DNA of 64,000 nucleotides from an uncultured Chloroflexia bacterium (lineage in GTDB: Bacteria; Chloroflexota; Anaerolineae; B4-G1; SLSP01): contig CAVVUS010000043.1 of NCBI GenBank assembly GCA_963751345.1, forward strand, positions 78,111 to 142,110. The letters run 5' to 3'. Positions 62,626 through 64,000 of this stretch are shown one piece after another (within the stretch, counting starts at the first letter, position 1; each line of letters starts with the position of its first letter). A program made the translations under genes and the position numbers. The notes under the pieces are model-generated. The model was given only the letters and a program-made list of their open reading frames with translations, made no database searches and was not told the origin of the DNA.

Positions 62626-63721
62626 CTATGGGTTGCCTTCGGCTGTGACCGCTAGCTGGTAGTCGCGGTCGAATTCCGCCACAAAGGCTGTCGCGATGGT
62701 CACTGTCGTGGATGATCACCACGTTTTCGTCGTTTTCGTTGGCTGCGTTGGCGCTGAAGTTGTACGAGCCGGTCACGACGATGTCCCCGTCCAGAATGAT
62801 GACCTTGTGGTGGAGGATGTAAGGGTTTCCGTCCTCCAGCACGTCCACGCCCGCGGTCCGAAATGCGCCGAAGTCAGATCCGGCGTCCTCCGTGCTGCGC
62901 GCCTCGATGATGCCCGAGACCGGTATTCCCGCGCGGTGGCGGTCGATGATCGCCTGCGCGATGTCGTCATCGGTGAATGTGAACGCCATGAAGCGCACGC
63001 TCGTGTCTGCCTGCTGGATGAGTTCGATGATGCGGTCCCGAACATCGCCTTCCGACTCAAAGAAAGTCTCAATCCGCGTGCCACCCAGGGTGAGATCCGG
63101 ATAGGGGACGACATCCGGTGACGTCGGCCCAAAACTCTTCTCCTCGAACATCTCGCCAAACTCGAGCGTGTAGTTTTCGGCCAGCTCCGCCGACTGAATG
63201 ACGACGGCGTTGTTGTTGTTGCGATAGGTGCCGTTGTCCGTCAGATTCCAGGATCCCGTCCAGACGGCGTTGCCATCGATGATGACGAATTTGTCGTGCA
63301 TAAAGGGCGACCTGTTGTCCGTAACGACGGGGATGCCTGCCTCCCTGAGGCGGGTAGGTCCGAGCTCATCCGCATAATCGCTGTCGGTCACCAGGCGCAC
63401 CGGTACGCCCCTGTGATGTGCCCGGATCAGCGCATCTGTGACGCTTTTCAGGTCGAGATCAAAGGCCGCCACATCCACCCTGAGATGCGCCGCATCGATC
63501 GCCGCCACGAGCTGCTCATCCAGGCCCCCGCTGTGGAAAGAGGCGTCGTCCGGATAGCGAGGCGTCGTGAAAAAGGCTTGTATCGCGGCGGATGGCCCAA
63601 CGTCGTTGGCGCCGGAGTCCGGGGCGGGACTGAAAAACTCCCTTGCCGCCCAGACGATGATCATCAACAAGAGGCTGAGCAGGAGCTCCTTGAAGCCGAG
63701 TCGTTTTGTCTGTTTGGTCAT
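62626..63721 (-). CDS. Phospholipase D-family protein with two HKD motifs; frameshift near 62700
   Basis: HDKFVIID...TGSWN and HHKVIILD...TGSYN; N-terminal TM; probable true end TIATAFVAEFDRDYQLAVTAEGNP*. Confidence 0.88.
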
Positions 63722-64000
63722 GATGGTTGGTCTGGGTAGGTGAGAGCGTCAAGGTACTCTCTCAGGGTCTCATTGGGATCGACGGAAGATGAACTCAGTC
63801 TGGCGGTACGCCGCAGATATTGCCTCAGGTGGTCCAGTCTTGGGTCCAGGTAATCCCAGGCCTCTGGCTCTTCAAGCCCCGCCGTTGCGGCGACCAGCCT
63901 GTGGACTTCCTCACGAGCACGCTCCAGGAGGACCTTCGCAACGTCGTCCGTCAGATCCCCGGTCAGAGCGGCATCCTCCGAGATGCGGCTATAGGCCAGG
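63718..64000 (-). CDS. Hypothetical protein, 3' part (5' end outside window)
   Basis: Open frame LAYSRISEDAALTGDLTDD...YPDQPS* whose TGA overlaps the PLD start (ATGA). Confidence 0.6.
   Translation of the reverse strand, partial: LAYSRISEDAALTGDLTDDVAKVLLERAREEVHRLVAATAGLEEPEAWDYLDPRLDHLRQYLRRTARLSSSSVDPNETLREYLDALTYPDQPS

Noticed and set aside
760-62700. Programmed frameshifting or mass pseudogenisation explaining the split genes
   Set aside because: Indels hit unrelated and normally essential genes, often at homopolymers, without consistent slippery sites. Sequencing error is the simpler explanation.

Overview
High-GC bacterial chromosome segment, most likely Chloroflexota/Anaerolineae (inferred from the Pro/Thr-linker lipoproteins and gene content). 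It has many 1-nt indels typical of an unpolished long-read assembly. The window appears to span the replication origin: genes left of ~28 kb are mostly on the minus strand and genes to the right mostly on the plus strand. The switch point holds a DnaA-box cluster with DnaA-trio-like repeats, a perfect parS 1.6 kb away and tRNA-Glu, but no dnaA gene. The left arm carries a cobalamin-riboswitch-controlled ECF uptake operon with two surface proteins resembling the two halves of transcobalamin, then udg/rimI/tsaB/tsaE, a MrfA/Hrq1-type helicase with an inserted HNH domain, PrsW, a DsbA-cyclophilin fusion, WecA-like and O-antigen-ligase/TPR genes, rimO, rodZ and rplI. The right arm carries an ECF sigma/anti-sigma pair and then a ~26 kb co-directional run. 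That run begins with an alternative complex III/Qrc-like cluster, overlaps directly into a full complex I (nuoA-N) operon with two tandem nuoF genes, and ends with a HAD phosphatase and zwf. The best lead is the second NuoF, which has Ala in place of the Glu that discriminates NADH from NADPH (CGEAT vs CGEET; equivalent to E. coli E183A). This suggests a natural NADPH-oxidising complex I linked to glucose-6-phosphate dehydrogenase. NuoA also appears to carry a lipoprotein signal peptide.
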